64,000 nt of DNA from Escherichia virus ESCO5 (Duplodnaviria; Heunggongvirae; Uroviricota; Caudoviricetes), in IMG/VR virus record IMGVR_UViG_2974610597_000001. One strand, written 5' to 3'. The notes below the pieces were generated by a model that was not told the origin of the DNA, searched no databases, and worked only from the letters and a program-made list of their open reading frames with translations. Below are positions 17,836 through 27,159 of the stretch, piece by piece. Position 1 is the stretch's first letter; the number at the start of each line of letters is the position of its first letter. Position numbers and translations under genes: made by a program.

Positions 17836-19989
17836 ATGAAACAAGCTATATTTACTGTCACGCGAGACAAGAGAGTAAATGCGAGTTCATTTAACTACAC
17901 GACTGTTGATGGAACAGCAGTCGCTGGTAGAGATTATATTGCAAAATCGGGAACACTTGTGTTCCCTGATGATGCTGATTCTGCTACCATTGTGGTTGAA
18001 GTATTTGAACGACCAAAGAACTCAATAGATCTTAACTTCTCCCTCCAAGTTTCAGGGATTAGTCAAAATAACATGATGGTTGAAACGACCATCAACTGTA
18101 TTATAACTACGATTCAAGAAAATACTACTCCAATAACTTGGACTACAAAAGACGTTAAAATGTTCTCTCCTATGTATTGGACAATAGATTCTCAAGCAAC
18201 GGAAAGTTGTTCTATTGTATCTCATGGAGACTCTTTTACTGCAAGATTTGTAAACAGAACAACAGCAGGTTTGGCAGGGGTTATCTGGAGCACAGTTGAC
18301 AAATATGACCATAAAGGTGTTGGGTATTTACCCCACACAGATTTAAGTTCAGAGAAACTTTGGTTTAAAATGGAAGTTAGTCAAAACATGCCAGGTTTTA
18401 AAGAAGAACCTTTGGTGCCAACTTTGACTGTAACTCTCTTGGATAAAAGTGTCCACTATGTTAGTTTAGGATTTTATGCTTCAGATATTTCAGAAGATGG
18501 TAAAACAGCTACAATCAAACTAGATTTTGGTAATATCTTCTCTGGTCCTAATAATGATATTCCTTTGGACATGAGTGCTGTAGATAATATTTTCTTCTCT
18601 TTGATTACAGCAAGGTATGAAGAAATAGAAGAGATTGTACCTATTGATAGTCAAGAGGCTTGGTTTACTTTCACTCTTCTTGAACCTACTTCTGGTTATA
18701 GTATGATGAAAGTCAGTAACCTTGTCCAGCCTGAACATGATATTCGCATGTGCACATCTTATGACGATATGTATAACCTGACTCCAGAGAGAGTTATTTA
18801 TAATACATATGCGCTAGGTTATCGTGGAATGATTAACCATTACAACGGAATGTCTCACTATTATGAGTTCTCATGGAACGGAACATCTTGGGCTTTAAAT
18901 AGATCTGTCTTCCTGAATCCAGCTACAGAAGCTTGGCTAAATAGTTTCCATTCTATAGCGAACGAGAAGGGTTACACAATAATGAACTCTTTAAGTTTTG
19001 AGTTGATGAGCACAGTTTGTCCTGTAGAATGGGTCCAGCATGATTGGAACGATGCTCTTGCAGCAACAGGGTATGAGCCTCCTAGTTACGTGTTGTCTCC
19101 AACTATTGACGAAGGTATGAAATATTTGCAAAATGTTATTAATAAAATAGCATCTATTTCGCAAGCTAATAATATTCCAGTTGTCATTCAAATTGGTGAG
19201 CCTTGGTGGTGGTATAATACAGCGAGTAAAATGCCTTGTATATACGATTACACTACTAAACTAGCATTCAACACAGAAACAGGTTTATTTGCACAAGATG
19301 TAGGAACAATAGATAATTATAAAACAGGAACACCGTTTGACGAATACTATGCATTTTTGTCTCGTAAACTAGGATTAAGAGTTGCAAAGTTTGCAACAGA
19401 TACTAGATTAGCCTATCCTGGAGCTAAAGTTACATTATTACCATTTGTGCCATCCATTTTAGGTAACGGTATGATGGAGTTTGTTAACTTCCCTAAAGAT
19501 TATTATATCCCAGAAAACTTCGACTTTTATTGTTCAGAGTGTTATGACTGGTTGTTGGAAGGTAAGATGGAAAAATCTTTTGACGCTATCACAATACCTA
19601 ATGAACAATTAGGTTTTAGTTATGATAAGATACATTATCTTGCAGGTTTTGTTCCAGATGCTACTCTTGCACCTTTGTATAGCTTTGATCCTGAATCAAA
19701 CTACCGCACGTATCTTTGGAAAATGATTATAGGTAACATAGTGTTGAACGCCAATAAGTTCAATGGACTTACACAATATATATGGGCCTATCCTCAAATA
19801 ATGCACGATTCTATCACGGTAGTTAATTCTCAATCCCAAGTTTTCTATATGGGTAACGTGCCTTTGAACGTTTATTTACAGGATATCACTCTTAAACAGG
19901 TAAATGTTGAGATTGCCACCATAAGTGGAATTACATTAGCCACTAAATCTGGAGAAGATTTAGTAACAACACAAAAATTTTATATATAG
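17836..19989 (+). CDS. tail fibre or tailspike protein 2 with N-terminal Calx-beta-like domain
   Basis: 717 aa; N-terminus (NYTTVDGTAVAGRDYIAKSGTLVFPDDADSATIVVEVFE) matches the Calx-beta pattern. Confidence 0.5.
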   Translation: MKQAIFTVTRDKRVNASSFNYTTVDGTAVAGRDYIAKSGTLVFPDDADSATIVVEVFERPKNSIDLNFSLQVSGISQNNMMVETTINCIITTIQENTTPITWTTKDVKMFSPMYWTIDSQATESCSIVSHGDSFTARFVNRTTAGLAGVIWSTVDKYDHKGVGYLPHTDLSSEKLWFKMEVSQNMPGFKEEPLVPTLTVTLLDKSVHYVSLGFYASDISEDGKTATIKLDFGNIFSGPNNDIPLDMSAVDNIFFSLITARYEEIEEIVPIDSQEAWFTFTLLEPTSGYSMMKVSNLVQPEHDIRMCTSYDDMYNLTPERVIYNTYALGYRGMINHYNGMSHYYEFSWNGTSWALNRSVFLNPATEAWLNSFHSIANEKGYTIMNSLSFELMSTVCPVEWVQHDWNDALAATGYEPPSYVLSPTIDEGMKYLQNVINKIASISQANNIPVVIQIGEPWWWYNTASKMPCIYDYTTKLAFNTETGLFAQDVGTIDNYKTGTPFDEYYAFLSRKLGLRVAKFATDTRLAYPGAKVTLLPFVPSILGNGMMEFVNFPKDYYIPENFDFYCSECYDWLLEGKMEKSFDAITIPNEQLGFSYDKIHYLAGFVPDATLAPLYSFDPESNYRTYLWKMIIGNIVLNANKFNGLTQYIWAYPQIMHDSITVVNSQSQVFYMGNVPLNVYLQDITLKQVNVEIATISGITLATKSGEDLVTTQKFYI

Positions 19990-19997
19990 GAGTAAAA

Positions 19998-22763
19998 ATG
20001 TCAACTACAATTACTAATTTACCCGAAACATCAAAAGTTAATGGTTCTGATTACCTGGTTTTAGACCAACCTGATAAGACTGTTAAAAGCACAGTTTCCA
20101 ACTTTCTTACTGACACTGGGGTGGTTTTAGCCACCCAGTTAAAAGATATTTCTGGAGCTACCAAGTACCCAGAACTTCAAATGTCACGCTGGAGAGATGA
20201 AGGTGATCCTAGAGGATGGGGAGCAGTAGGTGACGGAGCAACAGACGATACCAATGCCATAACACAGCTTCTTGCTGCTATGCCTGATGGATGGATTATT
20301 GATGGGCGTAATCTCACTTTCAAGGTTACAACACTACCAGATATAAGCAAGTTTAAAAACGCTGCTTTTGTTTACGAGCGTATTGTTGGACAACCCCTTA
20401 CTTATGTATCTGAAGGTTTCTTCGATGGAAATCTGACAAAGATTACGGATACACCATTTTACAATGCTTGGACGCAAGATAAGACGTTTGTTTATGACAA
20501 TGTTATATATGCACCATTTATGGCTGGCGAACGTCATGGTGTACAAAACCTCCATGTAGCGTGGGTTAAATCAGGAGATGATGGACAAACTTGGTCTATG
20601 CCAGAATGGTTAACTCCAATTCATCCTGATTATAATGCCTCTTCAGCAAACAAAGTTAACTATCATTGTATGAGTATGGGCGTATGTGGTAATCGCCTAT
20701 ATGCAGTCATCGAAACCCGTTATTTATCTAACATGCGATTGAAGAAAGCAGAACTTTGGTCACGTCCAATGCCTTATTATAGAAGGCCAACTGGAGGTAT
20801 AACAATTAGTTCTGGGTCTACTACGGCGACGATTGTTTTAGAAAAGCATGGTCTTAAAGTTGGAGATGCTGTTAACTTTTCCAATTCAGGTGCAACTGGT
20901 GTATCTGGAAATATGACTGTTGCATCTGTAATTAACAAGGATACATTTACTGTTACATTAGCGAGTGCTGCCACATCTAATATAGATAATACAGGAACTA
21001 CTTGGCATTTTGGAACACGTTTCTGGGATAGCCCTTGGGAAATTACAGAATTACCAGATGTTGCCTATTCTACTAATGCAGACTTATGTGTTACAGAAAC
21101 CCATAGTTTTACAGTTATAGATGATGATAATTACACTTTTGCTGTGGGTTATCACAATGGTGATGTTTCCCCAAGAAGATTAGGTATTTTGTATTTCAAT
21201 AATGCTTACTCTGACCCAAGTTCTTTTACTCGTAGAACAATTAGTCAAGAATATGCTGACAATGCAGCAGAACCCTGCATTAAATATTATGATGGAATTT
21301 TATATTTAACTACTAGGGGTACTTCAACTTCTGCTGCTGGTTCTACATTAGCAATGAGTGCTGACCTTGGAGAAAACTGGAATTACTTAAGATTTCCTAA
21401 CAACGTTCATCATACAAACCTACCATTTGCAAAAGTTGGTAACTACCTTTATATCTTTGGTACAGAACGTTCATTTGGAGAATGGGAAGGAGAAGAACTA
21501 GATAATAGATATAAAGGTACGTATCCTCGAACGTTTATGTGCAAGATTAATGTATCTGCATGGCCTGCATCTTTATCCGATGTTCAATGGTTTAATATCA
21601 CCGATCAGATGTATCAAGGGCATATTGTTAATTCTGCATGTGGTGTTGGTTCGGTATGTGTTAAAGATGGTTGGTTATATTATATCTTTGGAGGCGAAGA
21701 TTTCTTATCTCCTTGGTCTATTGGGGATAATAGTAAAAAATTATGGTACAAGCACGATGGTCATCCAGCCGATTTATATAGCTATAGACTAAAGATTACC
21801 GAACATGATTTTGTATCACGTGATTTCAAATATGGAGCTACGCCAAACCGTACATTGCCTGTATCTATGGGTACAGATGGGGTAAGGCATGTCTCAGCCC
21901 CTGTAACTTTTGATAATGATGTGCAAGTACACTCTTTAACAGTTACTGGTCTTGAGCATGATGGGACACAACAATCTGCCGTTAGAATAAAATTAGATGG
22001 TGATTATGGGGTTGTTGCAAAAAATGTCCCAATAAAAAATCCTTCTGAACAGCGACTAATCTTATGTGGAGGAGAAACTCCTTACGTTACTGATGGATCG
22101 CTATTACAACTATATGGTTCAAACCATACGTATCCAAACAGAGCAGTTTTATATGCCCCAGGAGGAGCATATACCCAAAATAATTTCATGCCATATTTAG
22201 ATGGACAAGTTGCATTAGGTGGTGCATCTAACAGATGGTCAGAAGTGTACGCATCTACAGGAACCATTAATACTTCAGATGGAACATTAAAAACTAAACC
22301 TACAGAGATTGAAGATATTTTACTGAAAGCGTGGGAAGATATTCATGTAATCTCTTATCAATGGCTGAGTGCTATCGCGGAGAAAGGAGATTCTGCGCGT
22401 ATTCATTTTGGTGTTATAGCTCAAGATGTAAGAGATATTCTGATTAATTATGGTTTAATGGATGAAAATAGCACTGATTGTAAGTATGCTTTTCTGTGTT
22501 ATGATGAATACCCTGCTATGTACGATAGTGTTGTTACGGGACAAAAAGAAATCCCTTTATTTGATGATGAAGGGAATGTTGTAATTGATGAAGAAGGTAA
22601 TCCAGTAACAATCGTAGAAGATGTTGTAGAAACTATCGAAATAATTCCAGCAGGATCGCGATGGGGTATCCGCGCTGACCAAATGTTTTTTATTGAGATG
22701 GCTTATCAACGTAAAAAGTTAAAAGCTCTTGAAGAAAGACTTGCAACCCTGGAAAGTAAATAA
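19998..22763 (+). CDS. tailspike with Asp-box motifs and C-terminal S74-type intramolecular chaperone domain (sialidase-like)
   Basis: 921 aa; GDGATDDT motif near the N-terminus, Asp-boxes SGDDGQTW and SADLGENW, and a C-terminal TSDGTLKTKPTEIEDI...GVIAQDV segment typical of autoproteolytic chaperone domains. Confidence 0.6.
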   Translation: MSTTITNLPETSKVNGSDYLVLDQPDKTVKSTVSNFLTDTGVVLATQLKDISGATKYPELQMSRWRDEGDPRGWGAVGDGATDDTNAITQLLAAMPDGWIIDGRNLTFKVTTLPDISKFKNAAFVYERIVGQPLTYVSEGFFDGNLTKITDTPFYNAWTQDKTFVYDNVIYAPFMAGERHGVQNLHVAWVKSGDDGQTWSMPEWLTPIHPDYNASSANKVNYHCMSMGVCGNRLYAVIETRYLSNMRLKKAELWSRPMPYYRRPTGGITISSGSTTATIVLEKHGLKVGDAVNFSNSGATGVSGNMTVASVINKDTFTVTLASAATSNIDNTGTTWHFGTRFWDSPWEITELPDVAYSTNADLCVTETHSFTVIDDDNYTFAVGYHNGDVSPRRLGILYFNNAYSDPSSFTRRTISQEYADNAAEPCIKYYDGILYLTTRGTSTSAAGSTLAMSADLGENWNYLRFPNNVHHTNLPFAKVGNYLYIFGTERSFGEWEGEELDNRYKGTYPRTFMCKINVSAWPASLSDVQWFNITDQMYQGHIVNSACGVGSVCVKDGWLYYIFGGEDFLSPWSIGDNSKKLWYKHDGHPADLYSYRLKITEHDFVSRDFKYGATPNRTLPVSMGTDGVRHVSAPVTFDNDVQVHSLTVTGLEHDGTQQSAVRIKLDGDYGVVAKNVPIKNPSEQRLILCGGETPYVTDGSLLQLYGSNHTYPNRAVLYAPGGAYTQNNFMPYLDGQVALGGASNRWSEVYASTGTINTSDGTLKTKPTEIEDILLKAWEDIHVISYQWLSAIAEKGDSARIHFGVIAQDVRDILINYGLMDENSTDCKYAFLCYDEYPAMYDSVVTGQKEIPLFDDEGNVVIDEEGNPVTIVEDVVETIEIIPAGSRWGIRADQMFFIEMAYQRKKLKALEERLATLESK

Positions 22764-22783
22764 TACCGCTTAGGCGGTATTTC
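22763..22783 (+). terminator. hairpin terminator
   Basis: ATACCGC, TTAG loop, GCGGTAT, followed by TTCAATCTTT. Confidence 0.45.
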
Positions 22784-22811
22784 AATCTTTATATCTCACT
22801 TAGAGGTACTC

Positions 22812-23075
22812 ATGGTTAAAGAGAAAAACGGTTTTAAAAAATTTATTCGCGGAATGTTCTGCACTTACCCCGGCAACGGGGTAAGCTCTACGAAAGTCTG
22901 GAACGCTGTAGGCATGTCGGTTATGACAGGCATGTTTATCTTTTTAGGAATAGAAAAAGAAATTCCTGAATGGATGGGTTGGGCTTTTGTTTTCATGATA
23001 ACCCCTTCTCGCCTCATGAAAAATCTTATTGATTTACGTTGGGGCAGATCACAATCTACCAAAGAGGATGACTAA
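22812..23075 (+). CDS. small two-TM membrane protein (holin-like candidate)
   Basis: 87 aa with two hydrophobic segments (MSVMTGMFIFLGI, WMGWAFVFMITP) and a charged C-terminus; RBS GAGG. Confidence 0.3.
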   Translation: MVKEKNGFKKFIRGMFCTYPGNGVSSTKVWNAVGMSVMTGMFIFLGIEKEIPEWMGWAFVFMITPSRLMKNLIDLRWGRSQSTKEDD

Positions 23076-24562
23076 TGGACGAATATGGTTTGACAGATGC
23101 GGGATTTGTAATCCCGACTTTTGACGATGTTTTAAACAACTACATGACAGCAGTAAAAAACACATTTGGTGCAGATGCAGCCACTTCGGAAGATACTGTG
23201 ATCGGACAACTGTTTAGAATAATTGCATACACAGATTACACATTGTGGGAAGGTATGCAAGGGGTTTATAATACTCAAACACTGGATGGTGCAGAAGGTA
23301 TTTATCTTGACGAAATCTTTTCTAAACGTGGTTTCTATCGAGCAGGGGCAGCAGCAAGTACAGGTTATGCATATGTTAAAAGTAATAACAAAGCAGCTTG
23401 GACTTACGAGTTAGGCACAGATATTTACTTCAACTCTGATAGCGATATGAACTACTATGTTAGCACACCAACTATGTTGAATGCTAAGATTGCAGCTTAT
23501 CAAATTTCTCGTGCTAATGCCACTGCTACAGGTGTTCCAAATATTACTTTTTATGCACAAAGTGCGATAGATGGAGGACTAAACAGTAAAACACTTGCAC
23601 CTGGTTCTTCTACATTTATAGCCGATCTTGAAACTTTTATCAAGGCAAACTTAACAGAGGCTGATCGTAGTCTTGTATTTTCTGATTCTGGTAACTTGTC
23701 AATTGGTTTTACTTCTTTAACCAGTGATACTCCAGTGGGACTAGTAACTCCTATCAAATTTTATGCTAGTGTTCCAGTTGGAACCAAATGGAGTGAAATT
23801 CCGGTAGTTGCAGCAGAGAAAGGATACAATCCGGTGGGTGTGGAGTCTATTACAGGGATATCTTCTACCTTTACAGGTTATCTTGATAGTGGTAACTTCT
23901 ATTCGTTTTCTCCTGGTCGAGATGTTGAGACAGATGCAGAATTCCGCTCTCGTTTCAATGACAACGTTGACGAAGCTAACGCAGGGACACGAGCAGCTAT
24001 TGTGAAAGCTCTGTTACTTACAGATGGTGTTACTAAGGTGAAGATTTATGATAACCCTACGTTACATGATCAAGAACATGCTCCAGCTATGACTTTCCAG
24101 ACTATAGTCTATGGAGGGAGTGCTGAAGAAGTTGCTGAAGTTATTTACAAAACTAAACCAATCAACAGTTTGACACATGGAACAACTAACATAACTGTTA
24201 CAACGGAAGACGGAGGACAAGAAATTATTCGTTTTTCTCCTGGTGCTTCTGCTACGTATTCCGTAAAACTTGTTTATCAAACTGTCAACGGAACAACTTT
24301 AAGTGGAACAGAAAAACAAAACATTGTAGAAGCTTTACAAAACCTGCAAGCTTACTTTGAATTAGGTTCTTCAGTAACGAACGATCAAATCAAAGGTGTT
24401 ATTTATGCAGCACTTGCTTTTGGACGCTTGACTTCTCTTCGTGTTTATGTTAAACTTAATACTGAGGATGACAGTAAATATACAGAGAATAATATAGTTC
24501 CTGCTTATAATGTTGTCCCTTCTTTTGACCTTGATAACATTTCTTACGAGTATGGAGTGTAA
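23075..24562 (+). CDS. baseplate wedge protein (gpJ/gp6-like)
   Basis: 495 aa; N-terminal region (FDDVLNNYMTAVKNTFGADAATSEDTVIGQLFRIIAYTDYTLWEGMQGVYNTQTLDGAEGIYLDEIF) resembles the baseplate J family. Confidence 0.5.
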   Translation: MDEYGLTDAGFVIPTFDDVLNNYMTAVKNTFGADAATSEDTVIGQLFRIIAYTDYTLWEGMQGVYNTQTLDGAEGIYLDEIFSKRGFYRAGAAASTGYAYVKSNNKAAWTYELGTDIYFNSDSDMNYYVSTPTMLNAKIAAYQISRANATATGVPNITFYAQSAIDGGLNSKTLAPGSSTFIADLETFIKANLTEADRSLVFSDSGNLSIGFTSLTSDTPVGLVTPIKFYASVPVGTKWSEIPVVAAEKGYNPVGVESITGISSTFTGYLDSGNFYSFSPGRDVETDAEFRSRFNDNVDEANAGTRAAIVKALLLTDGVTKVKIYDNPTLHDQEHAPAMTFQTIVYGGSAEEVAEVIYKTKPINSLTHGTTNITVTTEDGGQEIIRFSPGASATYSVKLVYQTVNGTTLSGTEKQNIVEALQNLQAYFELGSSVTNDQIKGVIYAALAFGRLTSLRVYVKLNTEDDSKYTENNIVPAYNVVPSFDLDNISYEYGV

Positions 24563-24564
24563 AA

Positions 24565-25194
24565 ATGGCAGTGAGTGTTGACCATGTAACAACTTGGGCC
24601 AGTATCAATGAAGATGTTAAAAACCTTCTGATTGAAGATTTTAAATCTTCTCCTAACATTGTCAAGCTCCTCTACATCGTATCCAGTGAAAAGCAAAAGA
24701 TAGATCAGGCAATGATCTATCTTGCTAAACACCGCTTGATCTCCACAGCCACAGGCAAATACCTAGATATCTTAGGAGAAGAAATGGGGATCGAACGTAA
24801 TGGCTCTGATGATGAAGAGTATAGAACAATATTAAAAATCAGGGCTTACCGCGTAGCCTCATCGGGGACTCGTGGTGACATAATTGATATCTTCGCCCGT
24901 TTCACAGGAACAGAGCGTGAAACGCTTAATACTTACGTAGGTTTGAATAAAACCTTTGATGTGTTTTTCTACAACCTGTGTCTTCAATCTGATCAAGCTT
25001 TAGAGCAGTTGCTAAGTGTTTTCCCTATTATTAGTAGCTACCGTCTTGGAGCAAAAGCAGGATCAGCTTTTGGTTTTAGTTCTTATTATGCTGCCAAACC
25101 GCCTCATGGTATTGGTGGTTTAGGTTCCCTGTACATGGAATCTACTGGGGATGAAACAGGACGCATGTGTACGCTTCTCAAGCAAATAGATTAA
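24565..25194 (+). CDS. baseplate wedge subunit (gpI-like)
   Basis: 209 aa immediately after the J-like gene. Confidence 0.4.
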   Translation: MAVSVDHVTTWASINEDVKNLLIEDFKSSPNIVKLLYIVSSEKQKIDQAMIYLAKHRLISTATGKYLDILGEEMGIERNGSDDEEYRTILKIRAYRVASSGTRGDIIDIFARFTGTERETLNTYVGLNKTFDVFFYNLCLQSDQALEQLLSVFPIISSYRLGAKAGSAFGFSSYYAAKPPHGIGGLGSLYMESTGDETGRMCTLLKQID

Positions 25195-25203
25195 GGAGTT
25201 TAA

Positions 25204-26265
25204 ATGGCGAAGCCAATATATTATCCTGACTGGGCTACACAAACTGTAACGCTCCCAGGAACTTTAAACACAAACAAAATTAGACCTAAAGAAACCATCC
25301 GCACAATTGGTATGGATTATGGTCAAATCATGACTTGCGAAGAAATGAACTGGATTCTTAATAATATCGGTTTATGGATTCGCTATTTGGTGGATGACTT
25401 TCTTCCAACTTTACCTGATACTTACTTGCCTTTAATTGGAACTAAGATTACAATGGCAGGTGATGCTACTGGTGAGGCTACTTGGAATGGTAATAAAGAA
25501 GTTACTTTATCTATCCAAGTTCAAGATAATAGTCATAATCACTTGTCGGCAAACATTACAGATGCCACTAGTTCAACAGTAACACCAAACGTGTTGGTAA
25601 AACGTGATGCAGGTGGTGCTATTTACGGTGGTGATATTTATGTTAATGGCACTTCCACAACAGATCCTGCAACACTGTTCTTCAAAAACTTTGCAGGACA
25701 AACGAATGGTGAGATTTCTGCCGAGTATCAAAGCGGAGGTCAGCTTTACATCTATCGTAGAAATCCTAGCACAGGTAGTGTATCGGCAGGTGTTCGTTTA
25801 TATGATGCAGGTTATGTTCTAATAGATAATCCAAGATCAAACAGTGGACAAGACACTTCTAACGGAAATGCTTTAGTTCGTTTAGATTATCTGAACTCTC
25901 GTTTGACTTCCCTTCAGAATACATTGCAGACGAATATTAACACTGTTCAAAACAACTTGAATAATGTTAACAACAACCTCTCTTCTCGTATAAACAATGT
26001 AGAAAGTAATCATCAAAGTCAGATTACAAATAACTACAACTATGCTAACGGAACCTTTGTAAGAGATATTCGTTATACTAGCCAAGGTGTGTATTATCCA
26101 CCAGGGAACGAGGTTTCTTGGACTTATATCTGTTCTTCTGGTTATGTTCTTTCTGGTATTATCGTACAGGAAACAGGACGTAGCTCTGCGGATAACATCG
26201 GTGGGGTTTACTTCAAACGCCTCCAGCGCAACGTTAACGGAAACTGGTACGATATTGGAGGCTAA
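25204..26265 (+). CDS. short tail fibre protein
   Basis: 353 aa with an Asn/Gln-rich coiled-coil segment; followed by a tail-fibre assembly gene. Confidence 0.5.
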   Translation: MAKPIYYPDWATQTVTLPGTLNTNKIRPKETIRTIGMDYGQIMTCEEMNWILNNIGLWIRYLVDDFLPTLPDTYLPLIGTKITMAGDATGEATWNGNKEVTLSIQVQDNSHNHLSANITDATSSTVTPNVLVKRDAGGAIYGGDIYVNGTSTTDPATLFFKNFAGQTNGEISAEYQSGGQLYIYRRNPSTGSVSAGVRLYDAGYVLIDNPRSNSGQDTSNGNALVRLDYLNSRLTSLQNTLQTNINTVQNNLNNVNNNLSSRINNVESNHQSQITNNYNYANGTFVRDIRYTSQGVYYPPGNEVSWTYICSSGYVLSGIIVQETGRSSADNIGGVYFKRLQRNVNGNWYDIGG

Positions 26266-26811
26266 ATGATATTTACAAACTTTAAAAAATATATTCCTGA
26301 AGACCCTGAACTAAAAGAATTGGTAGAAGCAGAGAACATTCTTTTTCTTCGTTGCGATCAAGGTTACGATTGGTATGATTTACGTAGCACAGAATTCAAT
26401 AACGATAAAATGAAAGTCGTTTTTGATGATCAAAATCGTATTGTGTTTTGGAATACTGATCCTACACTACTTTGCCCTGAAGATCTTTCTATAGCACAAG
26501 TAGACTTTAACATAGATACTTTTGAGGATATTAGGAACAAGGTTCTGGATTTAGAAACCTTAACTCTTAAGAATAAAGAGTATTCCCGTGAAGAGTTGAT
26601 GACACAAGCTAGTGCAAAAATTCGCTCTTTACAAGAAACAGCGGTAGCACTTATAACACCTTTACAGTATGCTAAAGATTTAGAAATGGCTACTGAAGAC
26701 GAATTAGCTTATCTTAAAAATCTTCAAGTTTATGTAGTTAAACTAAATCGTGTTCCGCTTCAAAAAGACTATCCTTACGCTATAGATTGGCCTACATTAC
26801 CGACAGAATAA
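26266..26811 (+). CDS. tail fibre assembly chaperone (Tfa-like)
   Basis: 181 aa; C-terminus (KNLQVYVVKLNRVPLQKDYPYAIDWPTLP) matches the conserved tail-fibre assembly protein ending. Confidence 0.55.
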   Translation: MIFTNFKKYIPEDPELKELVEAENILFLRCDQGYDWYDLRSTEFNNDKMKVVFDDQNRIVFWNTDPTLLCPEDLSIAQVDFNIDTFEDIRNKVLDLETLTLKNKEYSREELMTQASAKIRSLQETAVALITPLQYAKDLEMATEDELAYLKNLQVYVVKLNRVPLQKDYPYAIDWPTLPTE

Positions 26812-26820
26812 GGGATCACT

Positions 26821-27156
26821 ATGGAATTTCAAGAAGCATGGGGACTTGCAAAGGATGCAATAATCCCTTTAATCGGAGTCATCTGGTTCTTTTTCAAACA
26901 AAAAATGGATAAATTCGGCTCTGATCTTGAGGAAATGGAGGAGAAAAGTCGAGAGCTAGAGAAGAAGTTGGTCTTTGTTGAATCAACTTATGCAACTAAA
27001 GCCGAACTTACCCAGATGCTAAATCAAATTAACTCTACATTAATGGCAAATAATAACACTCTTGAGCAAAAAATTGAAAAGATTATGGACCTCAAGAATG
27101 CGACTATCCAAATGATGCTAGATGACATAGTTAAACGTACACAGAATAAGGGGTAA
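26821..27156 (+). CDS. membrane-anchored coiled-coil protein
   Basis: 111 aa; N-terminal hydrophobic helix (IIPLIGVIWFFF) then heptad-like coiled coil. Confidence 0.35.
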   Translation: MEFQEAWGLAKDAIIPLIGVIWFFFKQKMDKFGSDLEEMEEKSRELEKKLVFVESTYATKAELTQMLNQINSTLMANNNTLEQKIEKIMDLKNATIQMMLDDIVKRTQNKG

Positions 27157-27159
27157 TTA

